A stretch of 23,204 nucleotides of DNA from Fimbriimonadales bacterium (GTDB lineage Bacteria > Armatimonadota > Fimbriimonadia > Fimbriimonadales > JABRVX01): assembly GCA_045862955.1 (NCBI GenBank), contig BTVI01000044.1, positions 1 through 23,204 on the forward strand, in the 5' to 3' direction. This document shows positions 15,064-23,204 of this stretch, piece after piece. A model generated the notes under the pieces. It did no database searches. It had not been told where the DNA came from and saw only the letters and a list, made by a program, of their open reading frames with translations. How positions within the stretch are numbered: the stretch's first letter is position 1; each line of letters begins with the position of its first letter. The position numbers were made by a program, and so were the translations under genes.

Positions 15064-17403
15064 CTACCGCAAACTTACCGGCAGCACATACAATACGATA
15101 CTGTATGATGGCACTTCGATGCTCGATCCGGGCCGATCCACCTTCTCCTCGACGACGAACACACGCGGCTCCACCCCTGGTTCGTTGTAGGCCATGGGAT
15201 CATCGTGGCGCATGGTGTATCGCACCCCGCCCGCCACTACCTCCAGCCCCTTCCACTCCAGCCGCAGAGATCGTGGCTGGCCGGTGGCGTTCACTACAGC
15301 GAGGGTAAGTCTCTTGCCGTCCTCGGTGAGGGCTGCCGCCACGTCCAGCGGCTCCATCGTTCCTTCGAGCAGCAGCGGAATCGCGCCATAGTGTTGCCTA
15401 TAGAGTTTGAGCACCAGGCCGGTCGTATCGAACGCCGCGGCTGTCGGCGTCGTCTTGATGGCTCCTATCACGTTCACGGTTTGCGCATAGTTAGCCATTG
15501 CGATGATGTCGGTGTTTCGGAAGAACTCGTGCAATCCCACCGCGATCCCGAGCGCATCCTTGTGAAAGTACCGAGTGCCGATCTCGCCGAACACATCCGG
15601 GCCATACCAATAGTTCCACTCGTCCATGGCAATGCGAATGTCTTTGCCCCGTAGCGATGGTAGCTGCTCCCGATACTCCCGGTGGGCGACAGCCTTAGCT
15701 CTCACGTTGTCCCGGATTTGCGCGACGTGGCTCATCACCCCTACCTTCGCGCCGCAATAGAAGTGTTCGCTGATCAGATCCATACTATCTGCGCAGTGTG
15801 TCAGCATCTGCTTGGACCACTCTCCTACGGCACCTACGCCGATGGTCTTGATAGCGGGATCCACAGCGCGCATCTTCTTCACGACCTCGTTGTGCTTCAC
15901 CACATACTGCCCGAGTGCCATGTGGCCGAGCTGCCAGTTGCCGTACATCTCGTTTCCGATGCCCCACCACACGACACCCCACGGCTCCTTGCGACCGTTC
16001 GCGGCGCGCAGCCTACCCATCGGCGTGTCCGGGGCACCGTTGACGTACTCCACCCACTCGGCAGCGGAATTGGCATCACCGAACCCGGTGTTCACGACGA
16101 TCAGCGGCTCGGCACCTATCTCGTGGCAGAAGTCCAGGAACTCGTGAGTTCCGAAGTCGTTGTGCTCGAGCCCGGACCACGCCGGGTTCCTGCGTGGTGG
16201 CCGCTTGTCAGGGTCGCCGATCCCCTCGCGCCAATCGTAACCGCTGACGAAGTTTCCACCCGGCCAACGGTAGATGGGTGCATTCAGCTCTTTGAGGAGT
16301 CGCAGCGTGTCACGTCTCATTCCGCGCACGTTGTCTTCTGGCATGAGCGACACGCACCCGACGTGGAACGAGCCCGATCCGGACGAAAGGATCTCCAGGC
16401 GTGCGGCGGCACTATCACCATGGGAGGAGAACTTCAGCGGGTACTTCTCGTAGTTGGGGCCGAGTCTCTTGATGTCCACCGTGTCACGCTGTTCGGGCTC
16501 GTCGCCCCACACGAGGCTAACACGTATGGGTGCCACGGTAGCATCGCCACGCAGCCAGATGCGTCCCATGTAACGCCTGCCACTCACTACTGTTAGCCCG
16601 CCATGGGACAGTCCGGCCGCATCCTTCCCCGGCAGGCGAACCAGGGGCGTATGATCCCCTACGAAAGGCTCGTTCCGATCCATGGTGACGGCGGCACCTC
16701 CTACCGACCGCCACGGTGACTCCCTATCACCTACCGGAAGGCAGAACTTGCGATCCTCCAACATCTCCGCCCAGATGCCGCCATAGATGCATCTGCCGAG
16801 GTGCTCGATGAACTGCCCGTAGATGTACTTCGAGATGGGCTCGCCACGCTTGGCGGCATCGATCGTTACCGAGGGGCTCAGCTGACGCGAAGAAAGGCGC
16901 ACTAGACGCACATCGTCGAACCACGCCGTCCCCTTCGCCCGCCCGAAGTAGCCTAGAATGCAATTGATCTGGATCGTTTCGTCCGCATCGGTGTCGAACT
17001 CCATGGACAGCTCGGTCCAGTCGTTATCGCCTACCAGTGCGCGCGTGCGCTCGGGCCTAGTGTGCAGATTGACGAGGGCGCCTTGTCCGTCAATAGGGGT
17101 CACGCCCTCGGTGCGGACCCAGGCGCTAAGGCGGTAGCGCGAGAAAGGCATTACGGTGGCGATGGTCACCCAAGCAGCATCGGCACCCTCGGCCGAGCGC
17201 ACCGCCACACAGCGTTCGCCGTCACGCGCCTCACCCGACACGGACAGGCCTGCCGGCCCCGCCCAGACCTGCTTCCGCCAGTGCTCGGGGGTGCCGTTGC
17301 TGAGAGCTTCGAACGAGCCGTTCGGGAGTTCACTATCCATGATCCGTCCGCCCAGTCCGCCGGCTGAGAGCAGCGCGGCGAGCGTAATGATAAGAGGTGT
17401 CAT
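15064..17403 (-). CDS. Secreted GH51 alpha-L-arabinofuranosidase-like protein with N-terminal CBM4/9-like domain(s)
   Basis: Signal peptide; NGSFE CBM-like start; IYGQFIEHLGRCIYGG, RWPGGNF, NDFGTHEF, WGIGNEMYG (acid/base), IAMDEWN (nucleophile), MANYAQTVNVI. Confidence 0.92.
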   Translation of the reverse strand: MTPLIITLAALLSAGGLGGRIMDSELPNGSFEALSNGTPEHWRKQVWAGPAGLSVSGEARDGERCVAVRSAEGADAAWVTIATVMPFSRYRLSAWVRTEGVTPIDGQGALVNLHTRPERTRALVGDNDWTELSMEFDTDADETIQINCILGYFGRAKGTAWFDDVRLVRLSSRQLSPSVTIDAAKRGEPISKYIYGQFIEHLGRCIYGGIWAEMLEDRKFCLPVGDRESPWRSVGGAAVTMDRNEPFVGDHTPLVRLPGKDAAGLSHGGLTVVSGRRYMGRIWLRGDATVAPIRVSLVWGDEPEQRDTVDIKRLGPNYEKYPLKFSSHGDSAAARLEILSSGSGSFHVGCVSLMPEDNVRGMRRDTLRLLKELNAPIYRWPGGNFVSGYDWREGIGDPDKRPPRRNPAWSGLEHNDFGTHEFLDFCHEIGAEPLIVVNTGFGDANSAAEWVEYVNGAPDTPMGRLRAANGRKEPWGVVWWGIGNEMYGNWQLGHMALGQYVVKHNEVVKKMRAVDPAIKTIGVGAVGEWSKQMLTHCADSMDLISEHFYCGAKVGVMSHVAQIRDNVRAKAVAHREYREQLPSLRGKDIRIAMDEWNYWYGPDVFGEIGTRYFHKDALGIAVGLHEFFRNTDIIAMANYAQTVNVIGAIKTTPTAAAFDTTGLVLKLYRQHYGAIPLLLEGTMEPLDVAAALTEDGKRLTLAVVNATGQPRSLRLEWKGLEVVAGGVRYTMRHDDPMAYNEPGVEPRVFVVEEKVDRPGSSIEVPSYSIVLYVLPVSLR

Positions 17404-17439
17404 CTCACCCGGGAGGGTTCGCTATGGGCGTGCGAGCTC

Positions 17440-18876
17440 CTACGCGATGGGCAACCACTCCCTGCGACGGGCAGCGGACATCTGCAGCTGTGCCGGTGAA
17501 ACGGCCGAAGGCGCCGCCGGCTGTGGACGCCTTCGATGCCAGTCGGTCTCGCGCTGAAAATCGGAGGCCACACGGTAGCACACGTCCTCTCGAAACGCCG
17601 CGGCGATGATCTGCCCACCCAGTGGACACCCGTCTTCGAATCCTATCGGAAAGGCAACGGACGGCCATCCCAGCAGGTTGGCAGGGCCCCGATCGCCGCC
17701 CATCTTCTCGAACGACTTGTCGAACGGCACGTCCGCGGGTGGCGCACAGTGATAGAAGACGGGCGTGAAGATGGCGTCGCACCGCTCCCACACAGCGTTA
17801 GCAGCCAGCGCCTGAGTCCGTAGGCGCATGGCCCACAAATAGTCCGTCGCACGAGTCTCCAGCGCAGCGGCGAACCCGGCCACCTGATGGGGATCGGCGA
17901 GCAAGTTCAGCTTCTTGCTTCGGATGAACCGCTCGTGCGCGCTCGCCCCCTCCGCATCCACGATGATGCCGACCGCCAGACCATAGGGCATCGGAGGGTA
18001 GGCAACGTCCACCGTCTCGTAACCGAGTGAGCGGAAGACTCGGAGAGCTTCGGCGTACGCCTTCTCGCATGCCGCTGCGTCGTTTTCTGCGAAGCTTTCC
18101 TTCAGCAAGCCGATCCGCGGCTTGGGCCCGGGGCGCCGCAGGTTCAGCGGCTCTGTAAGCGTGCTCGGATCGTTCGGGTCCGGCCCCGCAATCGCCTCCA
18201 GCACCAGCGCACAATCCTCCACCGACCGTGCCATCGGCCCGATTTTGTCGAGCGACCAGCACAGCGCCATTGCGCCATGCCGGCTGACTCGGCCATAGGT
18301 GGGTCGGAAGCCCGTGACGCCGTTGAACGCACTGGGGCAGGTGATGCTCCCGCTGGTCTCGCTGCCGAGCGAGTAGGGCACACAGCCGAGCGCCGTCGCG
18401 GCACCCGAGCCGCTACTGGAACCCCCCGACCACCGAGACGTGTCCCAAGCGCAGAGGCAGGCCCCGGTGTGCGAGGCCGCGGCGATGTTATAGTTCCCTC
18501 CCCCCGCCAGCTCTATCATCGCCAGTTTCGCCACTAACACCCCACCGGCTTGCTGCAGCCTGGCGACCGCTGTCGCATCGTAGTCGAATACCTGGTCCAT
18601 GTGGCCGGGAGAGCCCCAGCGCGTCGGAATGCCCTTGGTGGCCAGAAGGTCCTTCACACCGAAGGGAATGCCGTGCAGGAGCCCTTTAGGACGCTGCCTG
18701 TCCGCCGCCTTGGCCTGTTCCAGCGCCCGCTCCTCGGTGAGTTCGGCGACCGCGTGATGGGCCGCGCCGAGCGTGCGCAGCCGGTCGAGATACATCCGTG
18801 CCAGCTCCACCGAGGAGACTTGCTTTCGGCGCAGCGCAGCGGCGAGGTCGGCGATGGAGGAGAGCGGGTCAATCAT
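17440..18876 (-). CDS. Amidase signature (GatA-like) family amidase
   Basis: LHGIPFGVKDL (Lys), GGSSSGS (cis-Ser), LGSETSGSI (nucleophile Ser), G.RPTYGRVSRHG, SLDKIGPMARSV; no signal peptide. Confidence 0.93.
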   Translation of the reverse strand: MIDPLSSIADLAAALRRKQVSSVELARMYLDRLRTLGAAHHAVAELTEERALEQAKAADRQRPKGLLHGIPFGVKDLLATKGIPTRWGSPGHMDQVFDYDATAVARLQQAGGVLVAKLAMIELAGGGNYNIAAASHTGACLCAWDTSRWSGGSSSGSGAATALGCVPYSLGSETSGSITCPSAFNGVTGFRPTYGRVSRHGAMALCWSLDKIGPMARSVEDCALVLEAIAGPDPNDPSTLTEPLNLRRPGPKPRIGLLKESFAENDAAACEKAYAEALRVFRSLGYETVDVAYPPMPYGLAVGIIVDAEGASAHERFIRSKKLNLLADPHQVAGFAAALETRATDYLWAMRLRTQALAANAVWERCDAIFTPVFYHCAPPADVPFDKSFEKMGGDRGPANLLGWPSVAFPIGFEDGCPLGGQIIAAAFREDVCYRVASDFQRETDWHRRRPQPAAPSAVSPAQLQMSAARRREWLPIA

Positions 18877-19151
18877 GTGCGGCTACCTGCTGCGGTCGGT
18901 CGGAACACGAAGCACGGCTCGCTGTTCTCCGGCAGCGCGTAGCGGCGTCTCGCCCTCGCCGCCTCCGCGTTGCCTTTCAGCGCCTCGGCGAGCAGGCGCC
19001 TATGCTGTTCGGACAGGTCGGTCGCGAGCTGCAAGACGACTGCATCTACTTCCGGTTCCGGTGTGTGCTGTGCCTGCGATGGGAGTGCTCCGGCCACGCC
19101 CAACACTGCACTGACTGCCAGAAACTCACGTCGCGAAACGGGACACTTCAT
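18873..19151 (-). CDS. Small twin-arginine (Tat) signal protein, probable amidase partner subunit
   Basis: SRREFL Tat motif, hydrophobic core and SQA cleavage site; helical body ending ALPENSEPCFVFRP; ATGA overlap with the amidase start. Confidence 0.75.
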   Translation of the reverse strand: MKCPVSRREFLAVSAVLGVAGALPSQAQHTPEPEVDAVVLQLATDLSEQHRRLLAEALKGNAEAARARRRYALPENSEPCFVFRPTAAGSRT

Positions 19152-19308
19152 GCACCGCCACTTCGCTCCCCGCGTCTATACTCCTCCCGCACTCCGGCCG
19201 CGACTGTCATCCGCAGTGACAACGAGGCAGTCATTCGCCGCACCGACCGGGTCCGCAATGGGTGCCGTTGGGGCGGTCGGTGGTACACGGGGCGATAGGC
19301 TGCAAGTG

Positions 19309-21651
19309 TTATCCGATCGCGACGCGCACCAAGCCGTGATTGGGGACTTCGAACGAGATCTCGTTGGTGCCTTCCCTAAGCGGGTGGGCGAAAAGCGAGT
19401 GCCCGTCTGCATCCTCTATCCCTATCACCGTATCGCGCTCGCACCGCACCAGCAACTCACACCGCAGACGCTCGTCCTTCAGCACCGTGTACCGCACATC
19501 GAACACCATGCCCCTATACTTCAGGTTTGTGATAGTATACGTGCCACCATCCCGCATCATTCGCTTCGGCAAACTGGGAGCCAGCGCGAACTCTTGCGCG
19601 CCAACTTCTCGGAATCCTACGATGTTGCGTATCAGCAGGGTAGGCATGGTAGCCCCCCATCCATAGCACTCTGCCCCGTTGCGAATCTGGGGATGCATAT
19701 CCACCGGCCAGAATTCGGCTGCCTGCCCCGGGATACGGTAGTTGTACGGCTCCGGCAGACTGAACTTGGTATCACCCATCGGTGTCGGCTCCCGGCCCGC
19801 TGTGCGAGAATACACCCTATCGGCTGTGGCTGTCAGTGTTTCTGCCAAGAACGGGCGCAGGCCTGCGTTCCATGCCGCCTCGCTGAACGGGAACCAGAAT
19901 GAGGGCCACTCTAGGAATGGAGTGGGTTCATCCGCGAATCGCCGGAACATGGGGCGCACCCCTTCCACCTGCTCCGGAGTGGCGATGCCCACAGAGAGCG
20001 GCACGAACATCATGACATCGTAGTAGTCCTCCAGAATGATGGGCTCTCCGGTCCTCGCATCGAAGTCGCGAAACCAACCATCCACGTACATCGCACGCGT
20101 CGTCTCGATGCGCTTCTGTGCTAGCTCGCGCCACCTCTTCGCGTCTGCCTTGTGACCCGCTACGGCTGCCAACTCCTCCATTACGGCGAATGCGTGAGCC
20201 ATCACCGCTTCGACGTCTACGGTACGCACGTAGTCGGATACTTTCGCCTCCTCACCCACGTCGATCAGGAAGCGGCGCGAGCCGTCTTGACCGGACTCCC
20301 AACTGTTGTTGCAGTGGAACCAACCTTCGTCGTCGGTACGGTTCTCCAGCCACCAATCGAGGAAGGCTCGCAGGTAGGGGTATAGGTCACGTATCCACGC
20401 GTCGTCTCCGGTGCGGTGGTGTAGGCAGCGTATTACGTGAAACGGCAGGCCCCACGTAGGTGCCGTACCACATTCGGCCCCGCCTGCGCCTATCATGTTC
20501 ATGCTGCCGTCCTCACGGGAACATGGCACGTTGGGCATCGGTGCGTCGGCAAAGGTGCCGTAGATGACTTCCTTGGCCAACTCCTCGTCGGCATAGGACA
20601 GACACATCATATCCAGCATGGTCTCTCCGAGCACCGCACGGGGCGTGTAGATCTGCATGGCATCCCACGGATGCTGATAGATGCCAATGGGTGGGCGCGT
20701 GTTCATCCGCAAGGTCTCTAGGTCCAGCACCCATCCCTGCTTCCATTCATCCGGCCAGTCGCCGGATAGCACCGGTGCCGAGCGGTAGAACTCGCGGTCC
20801 TCCTGTAACTGCCTGTCTAAGATGACCGTCGCGTTGCCTAGCACCTCTCGATGGCGGCGCAACGTCCACAGCTCGTTGGTGCCACGTGTTAGGGCGAAGG
20901 TTAGCTGCTCCTCACCGCCTGCCGGCACGGTAAGCCGGTAAGTCAGGATGCTGAACATCGGCAGCGGCAGGGACTCGGATGCACCCTGGTTCGACGTTCG
21001 ATCATTGGAGCGGACCCACTCGTCCCACTGTTCGCGGTGTGGTGTGGCCTTATACGCAACCGGCTCTCGATCCGCTCCCAACGCGAACACGTCCCCGTAG
21101 GCCCACATCTTGCACACCGCCGCAGCGTGCTCGCCATCGAAGGTTGCAGCAAGGCCGTTGGAGCCCCACCAAGGGCGCTCCACGTGACCGTACTCGTTGG
21201 TCACATGTACGAAGACCTCGCGCACTCGGTCCGACGCGTTGCGGACGCTGAGCAAACAGGCCAGCGCGTGCTCCTCCGCCAGGAAGTACTTGGCAGAGAA
21301 GCTGAGGCCATCGGTCTCCCAGTCGTAGCTCATCATCGTCTTGGTGTGATAGCGCGAACCGAGGCGAATCCCTGCACGCGAGAAGTCGTCGGGGGATAGC
21401 AGCGTGCGACCATTTGCTGCCACGCCGAGGTGGAGGAAGGACAGGTAGTTGACGTGGCGCAGGGCGCCCTCTCCGTAGGGCCAGGGGAAGCGACGGCACC
21501 AGAAGCCGAAGCCGAGCGGGGGGACGGAACGGATGATGCCACTGCGGTTCATCACTGCGCTGTGATATGGATTGTCCAAGTAGCCGAACGGCGGGTAGTC
21601 GAGAGCGGGGTACTCGGGAGGCAGCACGATTTCCTGGTTGCGACGTGTCAA
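19309..21651 (-). CDS. GH63/MGH1-like (alpha/alpha)6-barrel glycoside hydrolase
   Basis: About 780 aa; LYPYLRAFLDWW..NR, WESGQDGS motif, AAEFW...ECYGW near the C-terminus. TTG 21651 sits 8 nt after an AAGGAG RBS; GTG 21660 is the alternative start. Confidence 0.7.
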   Translation of the reverse strand: MTRRNQEIVLPPEYPALDYPPFGYLDNPYHSAVMNRSGIIRSVPPLGFGFWCRRFPWPYGEGALRHVNYLSFLHLGVAANGRTLLSPDDFSRAGIRLGSRYHTKTMMSYDWETDGLSFSAKYFLAEEHALACLLSVRNASDRVREVFVHVTNEYGHVERPWWGSNGLAATFDGEHAAAVCKMWAYGDVFALGADREPVAYKATPHREQWDEWVRSNDRTSNQGASESLPLPMFSILTYRLTVPAGGEEQLTFALTRGTNELWTLRRHREVLGNATVILDRQLQEDREFYRSAPVLSGDWPDEWKQGWVLDLETLRMNTRPPIGIYQHPWDAMQIYTPRAVLGETMLDMMCLSYADEELAKEVIYGTFADAPMPNVPCSREDGSMNMIGAGGAECGTAPTWGLPFHVIRCLHHRTGDDAWIRDLYPYLRAFLDWWLENRTDDEGWFHCNNSWESGQDGSRRFLIDVGEEAKVSDYVRTVDVEAVMAHAFAVMEELAAVAGHKADAKRWRELAQKRIETTRAMYVDGWFRDFDARTGEPIILEDYYDVMMFVPLSVGIATPEQVEGVRPMFRRFADEPTPFLEWPSFWFPFSEAAWNAGLRPFLAETLTATADRVYSRTAGREPTPMGDTKFSLPEPYNYRIPGQAAEFWPVDMHPQIRNGAECYGWGATMPTLLIRNIVGFREVGAQEFALAPSLPKRMMRDGGTYTITNLKYRGMVFDVRYTVLKDERLRCELLVRCERDTVIGIEDADGHSLFAHPLREGTNEISFEVPNHGLVRVAIG

Positions 21652-21763
21652 CTGGTTCACTCCTTCAGTTCGGGTTCAGGCGTTCTTTCGCCGTGGAGCC
21701 GGCGGTGCCCTGCGTTGGGCCGAGGCACCGAGGGACCAGGCTACTGGCGGCGAACTCGCTATC

Positions 21764-22138
21764 ATGCAGGAGTTCGACCAGTTCGTGACCTTCCTCTACA
21801 CCAAGGACCTCCAAGCCTCGTCCCGCTTCCTTTCGGAGACTCTGGGCCTGCGGCTGGTGCTGGATCAGGGCCGTTGCCGCATCTTCCGCGTTGCGCCGCG
21901 GTCCTATCTCGGCGTGTGTGAACGCAGTGACCCACCGCAGTCGGCCGGTGTCATCGTGACGCTAGTTACTGACGACGTGGACGGCTGGCATGAGCGGCTG
22001 CGCGATGCGGGTATTCCGATCGAGAAGGAACCTGCTCGGAATCCAGACTTCGACATCTACCACATTTTCTTTCGCGATCCGAACGGTTACCTCTTCGAGA
22101 TTCAGCGATTCCTCGATCCCTCGTGGCCACAGGACTGA
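21764..22138 (+). CDS. VOC/glyoxalase family protein
   Basis: TFLYTKDLQASSRFLSETLGL, VTLVTDDVDGWHERL, FFRDPNGYLFEIQ; likely start ATG 21764. Confidence 0.9.
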   Translation: MQEFDQFVTFLYTKDLQASSRFLSETLGLRLVLDQGRCRIFRVAPRSYLGVCERSDPPQSAGVIVTLVTDDVDGWHERLRDAGIPIEKEPARNPDFDIYHIFFRDPNGYLFEIQRFLDPSWPQD

Positions 22139-22284
22139 GGTAGGTGTGGCCTATGTCGGATCGGTGGGTGAGAGGGTCGTCCCCTTGCCATGGTACGCCA
22201 GGTGCCCCGCGTTCGACAGGCTCGGAATCGTGCAGGCCCACCGCACGGTGGGCCTGCACGCAGCGGAGCAAAGGTCAGTAAGAC

Positions 22285-23204
22285 TTAAGGCTGGCCCTGC
22301 TTGCCGAAGTTCAGCAACACGATGTTGAGGTCCGCCAGGTCGGTTAAGCCCGAGCCATCGAGATCGGTCAGCACGTTGGCCTGACCGAACTTCACTAGCA
22401 CGGCGTTCAGGTCCGCCAAGCCGACCGAGTTGTCGTTGTCGGCGTCACCGTTCACCTGAACGAAGGCGACCGTGTTTGCGCCAGACACGATCGTCTTCGA
22501 AGCCTCCACTGCTCGCAGCCAGTGCGAGAACTTGATCGCTACGTCCCAAGTGCCCTCTGCAACGCAAGGCACGCTAGCGGTTCCGGACGCATCCAGCGTG
22601 ATAGGATAGGTGTACTGCGGAGTAGTCTCGCCGGGATTGCGCAGTTCCAGTATCGCAGTCTGACCGAATGGGCTTCCGAAGTTCTGAAGCGTGACCGACA
22701 CATTGAGCGTGGCCGGCGGGCGAAGTTGGAATACATGGATGCGGTTGGTGTCTTCGCTACCAACGTAGATGATACGGTTGTCGGGATCGTAGGCAACCGA
22801 CTCGATCTCACCCCACCCGAGCGGAGAGAACTCCGTCTCGCCGAGCACGTTACCGTCGAAGTCGTAGATCCAAAGCTTGTTGACGGTGCCGGGCGCCCCG
22901 ACGGTGCTGGACATCAGCAGGTACTCACCCGTGAGGTCCGTTCGGCAGAGCATCCAGTTGGCAGCCTGCGCGGGGATCACACATAGTCCCTTGGTCTCGA
23001 GGTCCTGCGTCACCCAGCTCTTCACGATTCCCGTGAGACCCGAGGAGTCGTGCGTGTGAAAGTCCAGCCAGATACCGTCTAGGTCGCGATCCTCCAACGT
23101 AACGAACTGATCGAGGCTCGGGACATAGGCAATGTCGTCCGGGTTCGGCACTGGGCCGATGTTGCACACATAGGCTGGCGAAGTGTTGGTGTCCACCGTG
23201 GCGA
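22285..23204 (-). CDS. Partial (5' end outside window) probable extracellular protein: beta-propeller-like region plus SHWL Ig-like + dockerin-like C-terminus
   Basis: The frame stays open to the window edge. DIAYVP and ESVAYDPDNRIIYVG blade-like motifs; IKFSHWL, NGDADNDNSVGLADL and TDLDGSGLTDLADLNIVLLNFG match the C-terminus of the gene at 219. Confidence 0.85.
   Translation of the reverse strand, partial: ATVDTNTSPAYVCNIGPVPNPDDIAYVPSLDQFVTLEDRDLDGIWLDFHTHDSSGLTGIVKSWVTQDLETKGLCVIPAQAANWMLCRTDLTGEYLLMSSTVGAPGTVNKLWIYDFDGNVLGETEFSPLGWGEIESVAYDPDNRIIYVGSEDTNRIHVFQLRPPATLNVSVTLQNFGSPFGQTAILELRNPGETTPQYTYPITLDASGTASVPCVAEGTWDVAIKFSHWLRAVEASKTIVSGANTVAFVQVNGDADNDNSVGLADLNAVLVKFGQANVLTDLDGSGLTDLADLNIVLLNFGKQGQP

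Noticed and set aside
14644..15108. Short ORFs over the repeat cluster (14644..14874, 14784..15044, 14851..15108)
   Set aside because: They are translations of the repeats (57 bp is a multiple of 3) with no protein-like features.
17440..18876. Calling the amidase gatA
   Set aside because: There is no adjacent gatB, the partner carries a Tat signal, and GatA-specific segments are not evident.

Overview
High-GC bacterial chromosomal window, probably Armatimonadota (Fimbriimonadia-like). That placement is an inference from the SHWL+dockerin-like C-terminal domains and the prepilin/H-X9-DG proteins. It holds about 17 protein genes and one tRNA-Glu(TTC). In order: a secreted dockerin-like-tailed protein interrupted by an in-frame TGA; an aldehyde dehydrogenase; a prepilin-type/H-X9-DG protein; a minus-strand run transcribed as S9 peptidase, CE4-like deacetylase, LysM-SH3-NlpC/P60, small Cys-rich protein and tRNA-Glu; a coupled DegT aminotransferase, ceramidase-like and recN operon; a second prepilin paralogue; a cluster of CGTC-tagged REP-like and 57-bp tandem repeats; a GH51 arabinofuranosidase; an amidase with a separate small Tat-signal partner; a GH63-like hydrolase; a VOC protein; and a partial second dockerin-like-tailed protein. 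The most notable signal is the in-frame TGA at 543-545. It lies in a Cys-Gly-(TGA)-His context followed by a stem-loop, and reading through it joins two ORFs into one coherent 370-aa secreted protein. This is a candidate novel selenoprotein or readthrough gene; a nonsense mutation or sequence error is not excluded. No integrase, transposase or cas gene was seen.
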